Assembly (NCBI GenBank): GCA_963663475.2
Contig: CAXXJV010000001.1
Span: 160,001 to 224,000, forward strand
Source: Candidatus Cloacimonadales bacterium
GTDB lineage: Bacteria; Cloacimonadota; Cloacimonadia; Cloacimonadales; JAFGVF01
Reading direction: 5' to 3'
Length of the DNA: 64,000 nt
Positions within the stretch are counted from its first letter, which is position 1; each line of letters begins with the position of its first letter. Below the pieces are notes generated by a model. That model made no database searches and had not been told where the DNA came from. It saw nothing but the letters and a program-made list of their open reading frames with translations. The translations under genes were made by a program, and so were the position numbers. Shown here piece by piece: positions 50,351-59,721 of the stretch.

Positions 50351-51079
50351 CTACATTTTTCCTTTCATTCGATAGCTATTTCCATCGATCAGGATAGTTT
50401 CAGCATGATGGACTAATCTGTCGACTATTGCTGTAGTGATAACATTATCTCCAAAAGATTCTCCCCATTCTTGAAAAAGTCTGTTTGAGGTTATTATGAC
50501 TGATCTGAATTCATAAAGTTCATTAACAAGCTTAAAGAATAAACTTGCATTAACTGCCTTAATAGGTAAATATCCTATTTCATCAATAATGATTAAATCA
50601 TTTTTTACTAATTTAGATATCCACTTTTTAAAATCATTTTCATTATTGGCTATAATCATTTCATCGATTAATTCATTCATATTGTAAAATATTACCTTGT
50701 ATCCTTTCAAAATAGCTTCATATCCCAAGGCAATAGATATATGCGTCTTACCAACCCCTGGAGGTCCCATTAATATTTTGTTTTCTCTGTTATCGATCCA
50801 ATTAAACTCCTTCCACTCTGTTATCATTCTTTTAGTTACTGAATGCTGATATTTAAAATCGAACTCATCAAAATTCTTTAATATTGGGAAATTTGCCCTT
50901 CTTAATTGCAAAGATATCAATGTCTGATTTCTGCTATTGCATTCATTTTCAATAACATAAGATAAAAAACTAAGATATGATAATTCTTTATCTTGTGCAT
51001 ATTTTAAATATGATTCTAAATTATTAATTGTATGTCTGCATCTAATTCTTAATAAATTTTTCCTTAAATTTTCTATCAT
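50351..51079 (-). CDS. istB: IS21 helper ATPase
   Basis: Protein identical to copy 1. Confidence 0.97.
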   Translation of the reverse strand: MIENLRKNLLRIRCRHTINNLESYLKYAQDKELSYLSFLSYVIENECNSRNQTLISLQLRRANFPILKNFDEFDFKYQHSVTKRMITEWKEFNWIDNRENKILMGPPGVGKTHISIALGYEAILKGYKVIFYNMNELIDEMIIANNENDFKKWISKLVKNDLIIIDEIGYLPIKAVNASLFFKLVNELYEFRSVIITSNRLFQEWGESFGDNVITTAIVDRLVHHAETILIDGNSYRMKGKM

Positions 51080-52557
51080 TTTATTATCCTATCATATATT
51101 GATAAATCTCTTTGAATTAAAGATTTTTTAGTGTTTTCTTGATTGTATGAATTAGCCTTTTTGATGTTTAGCAATTTGTATTTTTTGTTTTCTTCATTAA
51201 CTATACTTTCAATTTTAGTTGCTCTTATATCTTCTAATTTAAGAACTTTGGAAATTATTATTGACCAATTAAGATGTTTATTATTATTAATAAATTTAAG
51301 TAATGCTAAAAGTTGCTCTCTTGGATTTTTGCTGTTGTTTGAAATAAGAGAATCTAGCAAAATGGAGATATTAATCTTATTGGGGAATAATGCCTTAATT
51401 TCTTCTTTTAATTTCTCAATTGTTTGAGAATAATCGATATAATGACATTGAGATATAATAGGTCTTCTTTTTTCTTGTGATAATCTGTGAGAAGCAACTT
51501 TTTTTCTACTCTTAGTATCTAATATTTCCAAAGAAGTTCCATTCTCTCTTACATATACACTCTTTTGCTGATAGAGATAAGGTACAGAATATTTATTTCT
51601 TTTCCAGGATATTAATCCTGTTTTATCTACTTTTCTAAGTTCTTCGATATATAAATTATAGGATCTAAGGATCTTCTCTTCTTCTTTAAACATATTGCGT
51701 GGAGTTTCATTTAAGGAACTGTGAATTCGATTATTAACCTCTTCAAACCAATCTTTTGCTCTAACTCTTACTTCTGACAAACCACTAAAAACTTCACCAT
51801 AAAGAAAATCTTCTTTTACTTCTCTAACTGCTCTTTCAACTAATCCCTTACTCTCAGGATCATAACCCTCACAAGAATATGGATTTATTGATAGATTGTT
51901 CATAAATTGGAAAAACTTACTATTATAAGTAACCTCTCTATATATTTCTTTGATTACTACTAGTTTTGTTTGATCATAAATCATTGTCTCTGGTATATAT
52001 CCGTAATATTCAAAACATTCTTTATGAGCACTAATAAAATCATCTGTATTATATGGCTTAAACTGGAAATGCACAAAAGTCATTCTTGAATAGCAATATT
52101 TAAACACGCAAAAATATATCTTTTTCCGCTCTTTATTTGATAGTTTAATATAACATTCTCCAGGATCTACTTGCATCTGAATCCCTGGCTTATAACTTAC
52201 GACTTTGTAATATCTTTTTGTTGGTAGTTCTAAGCTCTCTTTAATTCTTTTAGAAAAATTAAAAAAACCTCTTTGACTTATCTGTAAATCTTCATAATCT
52301 CTCTTAAATATTTTGTATAATTTGCTTAGTCTCATCTTTGGATTTGATGATATTTTCTGAGTTATTGCTTCTCTGTGAACTTCTAAAACACTCGGTCTTC
52401 TAACTTTTGTTAAAAGCTCTTCTACTTCATTATCAGGTACATTTAAATAGCGTAAAACAGTTGTTTTAGATACTTTTAACTGCTTGGCTATATCTCTTAC
52501 ACTATTACCTGCTTTGCTTAACGACTTGATTGCATGATACACTTTGGCTCCTTTCAT
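51076..52557 (-). CDS. istA: IS21 transposase
   Basis: Near-identical to copy 1. Confidence 0.95.
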   Translation of the reverse strand: MKGAKVYHAIKSLSKAGNSVRDIAKQLKVSKTTVLRYLNVPDNEVEELLTKVRRPSVLEVHREAITQKISSNPKMRLSKLYKIFKRDYEDLQISQRGFFNFSKRIKESLELPTKRYYKVVSYKPGIQMQVDPGECYIKLSNKERKKIYFCVFKYCYSRMTFVHFQFKPYNTDDFISAHKECFEYYGYIPETMIYDQTKLVVIKEIYREVTYNSKFFQFMNNLSINPYSCEGYDPESKGLVERAVREVKEDFLYGEVFSGLSEVRVRAKDWFEEVNNRIHSSLNETPRNMFKEEEKILRSYNLYIEELRKVDKTGLISWKRNKYSVPYLYQQKSVYVRENGTSLEILDTKSRKKVASHRLSQEKRRPIISQCHYIDYSQTIEKLKEEIKALFPNKINISILLDSLISNNSKNPREQLLALLKFINNNKHLNWSIIISKVLKLEDIRATKIESIVNEENKKYKLLNIKKANSYNQENTKKSLIQRDLSIYDRIIK

Positions 52558-52892
52558 ATTGTCTCCAGGAATTTTTACTTTTTTACTCCTGAAAACTGTA
52601 CCAGATTAAACTGCCATTTGTGTACCAGTTTAAACTTCCATCTACAGGACTTCGGGCGAAAGACCAATCCCGTAAGCACTTGTCTTCTGCGTAACCGCGG
52701 GCTGGAATCCCGCGACCCAATCCCGTAACCGCTTTATTATCTGCGTAACCGCGGGCTGGAATCCCTTTCAGCTCGTAAGAGCGGTATGAGAGGGGTGCCG
52801 TAAGGCGGGGAGAGTAAACAATCCCCTTTCAGCTCGTCAGAGCGGTATGAGAGGGGTGCCGTAAGGCGGGGAGAGTAACAATCCCCTTTCAG

Positions 52893-54345
52893 TGTGTCGT
52901 TCCATAAAAGTGGACTAGAAAATTAAACAAACTAGGAGCTTGAAATGGAAAGAAAAAAGAATATGACTCATAAGATTCAAAAGACCTATAGTGAAAGTTT
53001 TAAAATTAAAGTTGTTGACGAAATAGAGAAGGGAGATTTAACTCAAGCTGGAGCTTGTAGACTTTACAATATTTCAGTTAGCAATGTGAGTAGATGGGTT
53101 GCCAATTATGGTATGAATGAACGAGTTGGAAAAAAGGTGGTAGTTATGACCGATAGAGAAATACGTGAATCTGACCTTTTAAGGAAAGAGAATAAGCAGT
53201 TAAAACGAGCATTAGAAGATAGTCAGTTCTCCAACGAAGTTCTAGAGAAATATATTCATTATATTGCAGAACAAAATGGTATTGATTTAAAAAAAAAGAT
53301 CGATTCAGGTTTATCAGAAGATACTCAGAAACTCTTGATTTCAAGGTTGCTAAAAGGTCAGGAATAAGCCAAATGTGTAGTTTATTACAAGTATCTAAAT
53401 CAGGTTACTATAAATATCTTCAAACTGTCTCCCAGAGTTCTACAAATGACTCCCTATGTCTCTCCAGAGTTAAACAATATAGAAAAATTCAGCCTTATGC
53501 AGGCACTTATAAATGTTGGAAAATGCTACATAATGATGGTTTTAAAATTGGGAGAAATCATCTTAACTGCCTGCTTAAAGAACATAATATGTTGATCAGG
53601 AAGAAGAAGAAATATTGCAAAACTTCAATATCAGATGGTAGTAAGGTATATCCTAATTTACTTAAAGATACCGAAGTAAAGAGGAAAAATCAAGTTTGGG
53701 TAACTGATATTACTTATATTTCTAAAGGCAAAGGGTTTTATTATTTGTTTTTGCTAAGTGATATGTATACTAGACAGATATTGGATTATGAAGTTTCTTC
53801 TAATATGTTGACTGATAATCATATAAGGATGTTAAAAAGACAGCTAAACCATGTTGATAATGCTAACGATCTTATTCATCATTCAGATCATGGTTCTCAA
53901 TATACAAGTAATGAGACTATTAGCCTTCTGAAAAAGCATGGTATAAAGATTAGTATGACTGGTGATGGTAAATGCTATGATAACCCTATTGCTGAAAGAA
54001 TAAACTGCACAATGAAGCATGAATTTGGTTTAAATCGGACATTTAGCACTATAGAAAGTCTTAAAAAAGCTACTAAAGATGCAGTAATGATCTATAACTC
54101 TCAGAGACTTCACAAAAGTTTGGGGTATTTTACTCCAAATGATTTTGCAAATCATTAAAAGAGGTTACCAGATGATGAACAGATACTTAGCTGAATGTAT
54201 TTTCTTTTGGAAAATGCGACTAAATTACGAATGCAAAATGGAGTCGACAACAGAACTCAAAAGTATGAGTAAATGTCTCATTTTTCAAAAGAGATACATG
54301 ACTCAGGATACATAAAAAAGGTGTCCACTATATTGGTACTTGACA
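52893..54345 (+). mobile_element. IS3 family element (1453 bp)
   Basis: IRL TGTGTCGTTCCATAAAAGTGGAC; IRR (reverse complement) TGTCAAGTACCAATATAGTGGAC; 3-bp target duplication CAG. Confidence 0.92.
52945..54158 (+). CDS. IS3 transposase OrfAB (OrfA 52945-53367; OrfB in the -1 frame via programmed frameshift)
   Basis: A9G slippery run at 53289-53298; the -1 frame is open from there into WVTDITY, HHSDHGSQY and AERIN (DDE). Confidence 0.9.
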
Positions 54346-55349
54346 CAGCTCGTAAGAGCGGTATGAGAGGGGTGCCGTAAGGCGGGGAGAGTAAACAATC
54401 CCCTTCACACAGACCGGAGTTCCTCAGCCGTAGGCAAGGGACTTCGGGCGAAAGACCAATCCCATAAGCACTTGTCTTCTGCGTAACCGCGGGCTGGAAT
54501 CCCGCGACCCAATCCCATAACCACTTTATTATCTGCGTAACCACGGGCTGGAATCCCGCGACCCAATCCCATAAGCACTTGTCATCTACGCAACCGCGGG
54601 CTGGAATCCCGCGACCCAATCCCGTAAGCACTTGTCTTCTGCGTAACCGCGGGCTGGATCCCCTTTCAGCTCGTCAGAGCGGTGTGAGAGGGGTGCCGTA
54701 AGGCGGGGAGAGTAAACAATCCCCTTTCAGCTCGTAAGAGCGGTATGAGAGGGGTGCCGTGAGGCGGGGAGAGTAAACAATCCCCTTCACACAGACCGGA
54801 GTTCCTCAGCCGTAGGCAAGGGACTTCGGGCGAAAGACCAATCCCATAAGCACTTGTCTTCTGCGTAACCGCGGGCTGGAATCCCGCGACCCAATTACGT
54901 AACCGCTTTATTATCTGCGTAACCGCGGGCTGGAATCCCGCGACCCAATCCCATAACCACTTTATTATCTGCGTAACCACGGGCTGGAATCCCGCGACCC
55001 AATCCAGTAACCACTTGTCATCTGCGTAAATGCGGGCTGGAATCCCGCGACCCAATCCCGTAACCGTTTGTCATCTGCGTAACCGCGGGCTGGAATCCCG
55101 CGACCCAATCCCGTAAGCACTTGTCTTCTGCGTAAATGCGGGCTGGAATCCCGCGACCCAATCCCGTAACCGCTTGTCATCTGCGTAACCGCGGGCTGGA
55201 ATCCCGCGACCCAATCCCGTAACCGCTTGTCATCTACGTAACCGCGGGCTGGAATCCCGCGACCCAATCCCGTAACCACTTGTTATCTGCGTAAGCGCGG
55301 GCTGGAATACCGTGTTCCCAGTTAGAGCTGTTCGTAAAGGTCTACTGCA

Positions 55350-56003
55350 TTATTTGGGTTTAATAGCATTTAGGAGTAAATCTAAGTAACTATGATACCA
55401 GTTGGTATTGGTTTCATCAGAAAATGGTTGGTTAAGGACAGTTCTTTTATGATTAACAACAGCTGAGGCACAGGCTCTTAGGGTTAGGACTAATTGACCA
55501 AGGAAGTAGTCAATTTTCAGATCAGATCTAATAGAGCCGTCATCAATTCCCTTTTGGAGAGCATCAATAATTAGTTTGGAAGATCTTTCATTAAGATTCA
55601 TAAATCTATCAACAAGGTCTTGAGGAAGTTTATCAAATTCTAAGGGACGAAAGTCTAAGTATTGTTGATGAAAAAGAATTTCAGGATTTTCTTTGTAGAA
55701 ATTAAAGTAAGCTTGACCAAAGTTTTTTATTTCTTCAAAGCCAGTATCACAATGCTTCATATTTTGATAAAGATATTCAGTTCTTTTTTCAAAGCCTCGA
55801 CAATATACTTCCAGATAGATTTCATCTTTACAGCATAAATAAGTGTAGAGAGTTGCTTTAGTATAATGAACTGCTTCAGCTAACTGATTCAAGGTAACAG
55901 CTTCATAGCCAAATTCATAAAATAGTTTTTCAGCATTATCTATAATAAAAGTTCTTCTCAATTCAAATTCTCTTTGTTTCCTTTCAGACATTCCTTTTGC
56001 CAT
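55350..56003 (-). CDS. TetR/AcrR family regulator
   Basis: A..LF...GY..VT...LA......KATLY.Y...KDEI. Confidence 0.92.
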   Translation of the reverse strand: MAKGMSERKQREFELRRTFIIDNAEKLFYEFGYEAVTLNQLAEAVHYTKATLYTYLCCKDEIYLEVYCRGFEKRTEYLYQNMKHCDTGFEEIKNFGQAYFNFYKENPEILFHQQYLDFRPLEFDKLPQDLVDRFMNLNERSSKLIIDALQKGIDDGSIRSDLKIDYFLGQLVLTLRACASAVVNHKRTVLNQPFSDETNTNWYHSYLDLLLNAIKPK

Positions 56004-56327
56004 TGTTTACTTCCTTTTTATGTAAATCTGAGTTAATCATATTAATTCACGGGTTGACTTGATTAATAAACCCATAGTTTAAAATATTTTAAATCCTCCT
56101 AATATGTCAAGAAAAAATACTTTATATTCTTGACAAAATTCACTCTACTAAAAGTTGTCGATAATAAAAAGAGTTAGCCATGTAGTTTTTTAACCCAGAT
56201 AGTGTAGTAGAGCTTTAGTGAAGAGTGCAGATTATTCTATTCTTACTAAGCTTAGATACAGGTTATTCGGTTAAAATAAACAAGTGTTATTAAATAGATA
56301 AAATAATAGATCAATATAGGAGACTAA

Positions 56328-57317
56328 ATGACAAGAAAACACAAAGCCATAGCCCTCTTTTCTGGAGGTTTAGATAGCATGCTTGCAGTATTGCATATGC
56401 AGAAATTAGGATATCAAGTCATCCCTATATTCTTTGAGAGTCCTTTTTATCCTGCGACTAAAGCCAGACATGGAGCAAAAGTAGCAGGTTTAAAGATAGA
56501 AGTTGTTGATATTACCTCAGACTTGATAGAAGTCCTTAAAAATCCTAGGTATGGATTTGGTAAACATTTAAACCCATGTATTGATTGCCATGGATTAATG
56601 TTTAGAAAGGCAGCAGAGATGCTAGACAAGTTGCAAGCAGACTTTATAATATCTGGTGAGGTAATGGGACAGAGACCAATGTCTCAGAGACCTGACTCTA
56701 TGAATGCAGTTGCTAAGCTAAGTGGAGTTAAAGACTTGCTGGTTCGCCCTCTCTGTCAAAAGTTCCTTTCAGATACCAAGCCTATTAGAGAAGGTTGGGT
56801 TGATAAAGATGAGCTCTTAGACATTCATGGAAGAGGAAGGTACCGTCAACTTGCTCTTGCTGAGGAATTTGGATTAAAAGACTTTGAAATGCCAGGTGGT
56901 GGTTGTCTGTTAACAGATAAGCAAGTTTCTCAGAAGGTAGCTGACTTACTCAAGCACGACCAACTAACCCCTTATTATCTTCGTTTCTTACAAGAAGGTA
57001 GAAGGGTTAGGATCTCAGAAAATATGCTACTAATTGTTACCAGAACCAAATTTGAAAGTGATTATATCACCCCAAAATTAGAGGATGAGATTGTCATAAA
57101 AGCTGCTGATATTGCAGGTCCATTAGGAGTTATCTTAGGACAAGACTATTCTCAAGAAGATTTATATATGGCTGGAAGAGTTATTCTTTCTTATATTAAT
57201 AAATTGAAAGTTGCTAAAGCTAAGATTGAATATGGGAAAAAATTCAAGCTAACTAATAGTTTTGAAGTTGAGGCTCTGGACAGACAAGAACTCAATAAAA
57301 TGTTAATTAATAAATAG
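56328..57317 (+). CDS. PP-loop tRNA thiouridylase-like protein (ThiI/MnmA-related)
   Basis: SGGLDS, NPCIDCH, GEV.GQRPMSQ and GGCLLTD. Confidence 0.8.
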   Translation: MTRKHKAIALFSGGLDSMLAVLHMQKLGYQVIPIFFESPFYPATKARHGAKVAGLKIEVVDITSDLIEVLKNPRYGFGKHLNPCIDCHGLMFRKAAEMLDKLQADFIISGEVMGQRPMSQRPDSMNAVAKLSGVKDLLVRPLCQKFLSDTKPIREGWVDKDELLDIHGRGRYRQLALAEEFGLKDFEMPGGGCLLTDKQVSQKVADLLKHDQLTPYYLRFLQEGRRVRISENMLLIVTRTKFESDYITPKLEDEIVIKAADIAGPLGVILGQDYSQEDLYMAGRVILSYINKLKVAKAKIEYGKKFKLTNSFEVEALDRQELNKMLINK

Positions 57318-57325
57318 AGGAAAAA

Positions 57326-57964
57326 ATGAAATATAAAGTATATAATATTTTGCCAGAATACGGAACAAATACTATCTTACTATGGGATGATGAGAGTAAG
57401 GAAGCCCTCCTTATTGATCCAGGTAAGACTTCTTCGGACCTTCACAAAGAAATAATAAGCATGGGTTTAGAGGTCAAGGGCATACTTAATACCCATGGAC
57501 ATGCTGACCATATTGGTGGTAATGAATATTTTAAAGAAAAATTTAAATGCCCTATTATGATTCATGCAGATGATCAAGCAATGCTTACAGATAGCAAAAA
57601 GAACCTAAGTGCTTTTATGGGACAGGATATTTTATCTCCCCAAGCTGACGTAATTTTGCAGGAAGGAGATAAGATTAACTTGGGTAAATATACCTTTGAA
57701 GTAATCCATACACCTGGTCACACCCAAGGAGGAATTTCTTTATATGGACATAAGATTCTCATCTCAGGAGATACCCTCTTCCAACTAAGTGTAGGAAGAA
57801 CTGACTTCCCAGGTGGTTCTTTTGAGAAATTAGAAAAATCAATTAAAGAAAAACTCTTTATTCTTCCCGACGAAACAATTGTTATCCCAGGACATGGTGG
57901 TTTTACTTCCATAGATAGAGAAAAATTAGAAAACCCTTTTATAGGCTTAGCCTCAAGAATATAG
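57326..57964 (+). CDS. MBL-fold metallohydrolase (glyoxalase II-like)
   Basis: THGHADH, HTPGH, GDTLF and PGHG. Confidence 0.92.
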   Translation: MKYKVYNILPEYGTNTILLWDDESKEALLIDPGKTSSDLHKEIISMGLEVKGILNTHGHADHIGGNEYFKEKFKCPIMIHADDQAMLTDSKKNLSAFMGQDILSPQADVILQEGDKINLGKYTFEVIHTPGHTQGGISLYGHKILISGDTLFQLSVGRTDFPGGSFEKLEKSIKEKLFILPDETIVIPGHGGFTSIDREKLENPFIGLASRI

Positions 57965-57987
57965 AAAAACAAATTAGGAGAATATAG

Positions 57988-59523
57988 ATGAACCATGAGT
58001 TGCTGTTGATTTTAGATTTTGGCTCTCAATATACCCAATTGATTGCCAAACAAATCAGAAAAATGAAAGTATATTGCGAAATAGTTCCTTTCAACATATC
58101 CTATCAAGAAGTCTTAGATAAAAAGCCTAAAGCCCTTATTCTATCAGGAAGTCCTTACAGTGTTTATGCTGAAGATGCTCCTATTCCTGATCAAAGAATA
58201 TTAGATTTGCCACTTCCAATCTTAGCTGTCTGCTATGGAATGCAGCTGATTGCCCATTTATCAGGTTATAAAGTTGATAAATCAAATGAACGTGAGTTTG
58301 GCTATGCTAAACTTAAAATAATTAATCATGATAATATTTTTAAAGATCTAGCTGATGAAGAAATCGTGTGGATGAGTCATGGTGATAAAGTTCATAACAT
58401 TAATGAGGAATTTGAAAAACTTGCCTATTCTGATAATTGTGAATACGGAGCAATCAAACATAAAGAAAAGCCACTCTACTGCTTGCAGTTCCACCCCGAA
58501 GTTGTTCATACAGACAAGGGTTATAAAATGCTAAGTAACTTCGTAGATTTAGTAGGTTTTAAAAAGGACTGGACCTCTATCTCTTATATCCAAGGTGCTA
58601 TTGCTCAAATTAAAGAGCAAGTAGGGGATAAACAAGTTATCTTAGGCCTCTCTGGTGGTGTAGATTCTTCTGTAGCCTGTGCCCTTCTCTATAAAGCAAT
58701 TGGAGATAAACTAATACCTATCTTTGTGGATAATGGTCTGCTACGTAAAAATGAAGTAGAAGAAGTGGAAAAGATCTTCACTGAAGGATTTGGTATAAAG
58801 TTAAATACTGTAAGAGCAGCTGATATCTTCTTGTCTAAACTGGCAGGCGTTGTTGATCCTGAACAAAAAAGAAAAATAATTGGTAATACCTTCATTGAAA
58901 TATTCGACCAAGAAGCAAAAAAATTCCCTGAAGCTAAATTCTTAGCCCAAGGTACCCTCTACCCCGATGTGATTGAAAGTGTCTCTTTCAAAGGACCTTC
59001 TGCTACTATTAAATCTCACCATAATGTAGGTGGACTTCCCGAAAAAATGAATATGGAATTAGTAGAGCCACTGCGTGAACTCTTTAAAGATGAAGTTAGA
59101 AATGTGGGCAGAGAATTAGGTCTTAATGCTACTTTAGTGGATAGACACCCCTTCCCAGGACCTGGTTTAGCTGTCAGAATCATTAGTGATATTACGCCAG
59201 AAAAAGTTGAATTACTACAAAATATTGACCATATATTTATCTCTGAATTACGTGATAAAGGACTTTACAATAAGACTTGGCAGGCCTTTGCTGTTCTCCT
59301 TCCTATCCAATCTGTTGGGGTTATGGGAGATGAAAGAACTTATGAAAATGTCTGTGCCTTGAGAGCTGTTAATTCTTCTGATGGTATGACTGCTGACTGG
59401 ACAGAATTTCCTTATGAATTCTTGAAAAGAGTTTCTAATAGGATAATTAATGAAGTGCGAGGGGTTAATAGAGTTGTATATGATATTAGCTCAAAACCAC
59501 CTGCAACAATTGAATGGGAATAA
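57988..59523 (+). CDS. guaA: GMP synthase (glutamine-hydrolysing)
   Basis: DFGSQY, CYGMQ, QFHPE, SGGVDS and KPPATIEWE. Confidence 0.98.
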   Translation: MNHELLLILDFGSQYTQLIAKQIRKMKVYCEIVPFNISYQEVLDKKPKALILSGSPYSVYAEDAPIPDQRILDLPLPILAVCYGMQLIAHLSGYKVDKSNEREFGYAKLKIINHDNIFKDLADEEIVWMSHGDKVHNINEEFEKLAYSDNCEYGAIKHKEKPLYCLQFHPEVVHTDKGYKMLSNFVDLVGFKKDWTSISYIQGAIAQIKEQVGDKQVILGLSGGVDSSVACALLYKAIGDKLIPIFVDNGLLRKNEVEEVEKIFTEGFGIKLNTVRAADIFLSKLAGVVDPEQKRKIIGNTFIEIFDQEAKKFPEAKFLAQGTLYPDVIESVSFKGPSATIKSHHNVGGLPEKMNMELVEPLRELFKDEVRNVGRELGLNATLVDRHPFPGPGLAVRIISDITPEKVELLQNIDHIFISELRDKGLYNKTWQAFAVLLPIQSVGVMGDERTYENVCALRAVNSSDGMTADWTEFPYEFLKRVSNRIINEVRGVNRVVYDISSKPPATIEWE

Positions 59524-59676
59524 GCCCAAATAATGCTATAGACCTTTGCGAATAGCAGAATCTTCTTTTGCAAAAGAGTCTAGCATTCTTCACCTGTGAT
59601 ACGTAGCTTTAGCGAAGTGTTATCAAAGTTCTACTACACCATTCGGGATAAAAAGTAAAAATATATTTAGCAAGCC

Positions 59677-59708
59677 AAAGAAAGCCCTGCGAACGCAGGG
59701 CTTTCTTG
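59677..59708. terminator. Bidirectional intrinsic terminator
   Basis: AAGAAAGCCCTGCG-AA-CGCAGGGCTTTCTT. Confidence 0.85.
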
Positions 59709-59721
59709 TATTTTCTTTAGG

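Larger units (their letters stand above)
50281..52646 (-). mobile_element. IS21 family element, copy 2 (2366 bp)
   Basis: Same ends as copy 1 in inverted orientation; 5-bp target duplication GGACT. IstA differs from copy 1 at two residues (K/R, H/Q). Confidence 0.97.
50110..55322. repeat. Large BIME-like mosaic of REP families B, C and E, split by IS21 and IS3
   Basis: Family C units: 2 near 50112-50175, 2 at 52664-52765, 4 at 54456-54660 and 9 at 54840-55320, interleaved with B and E units. Confidence 0.88.

Noticed and set aside
15290-52646. Composite transposon or inversion bounded by the two IS21 copies
   Set aside because: Each copy has its own matching target duplication (CCGTG and GGACT), indicating independent insertions without exchange.
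54278-55279. ORFs 54278-54631, 54666-55055 and 54965-55279 (likewise 39199-39892, 27896-28282, 13235-13627, 15167-15361, 49958-50245, 52534-52728)
   Set aside because: They are translations of REP repeats with no convincing RBS or protein features.
54840-55320. 53-bp tandem arrays (also 39440-39806) as CRISPR or TIGR-like guide arrays
   Set aside because: The variable parts are short point variants of one another rather than unique spacers. No cas or tas gene is present, and the units flank a RAYT.
57988-59700. Genomic island integrated at the guaA 3' end
   Set aside because: No integrase or att duplication; only a repeat element and a terminator follow the gene.
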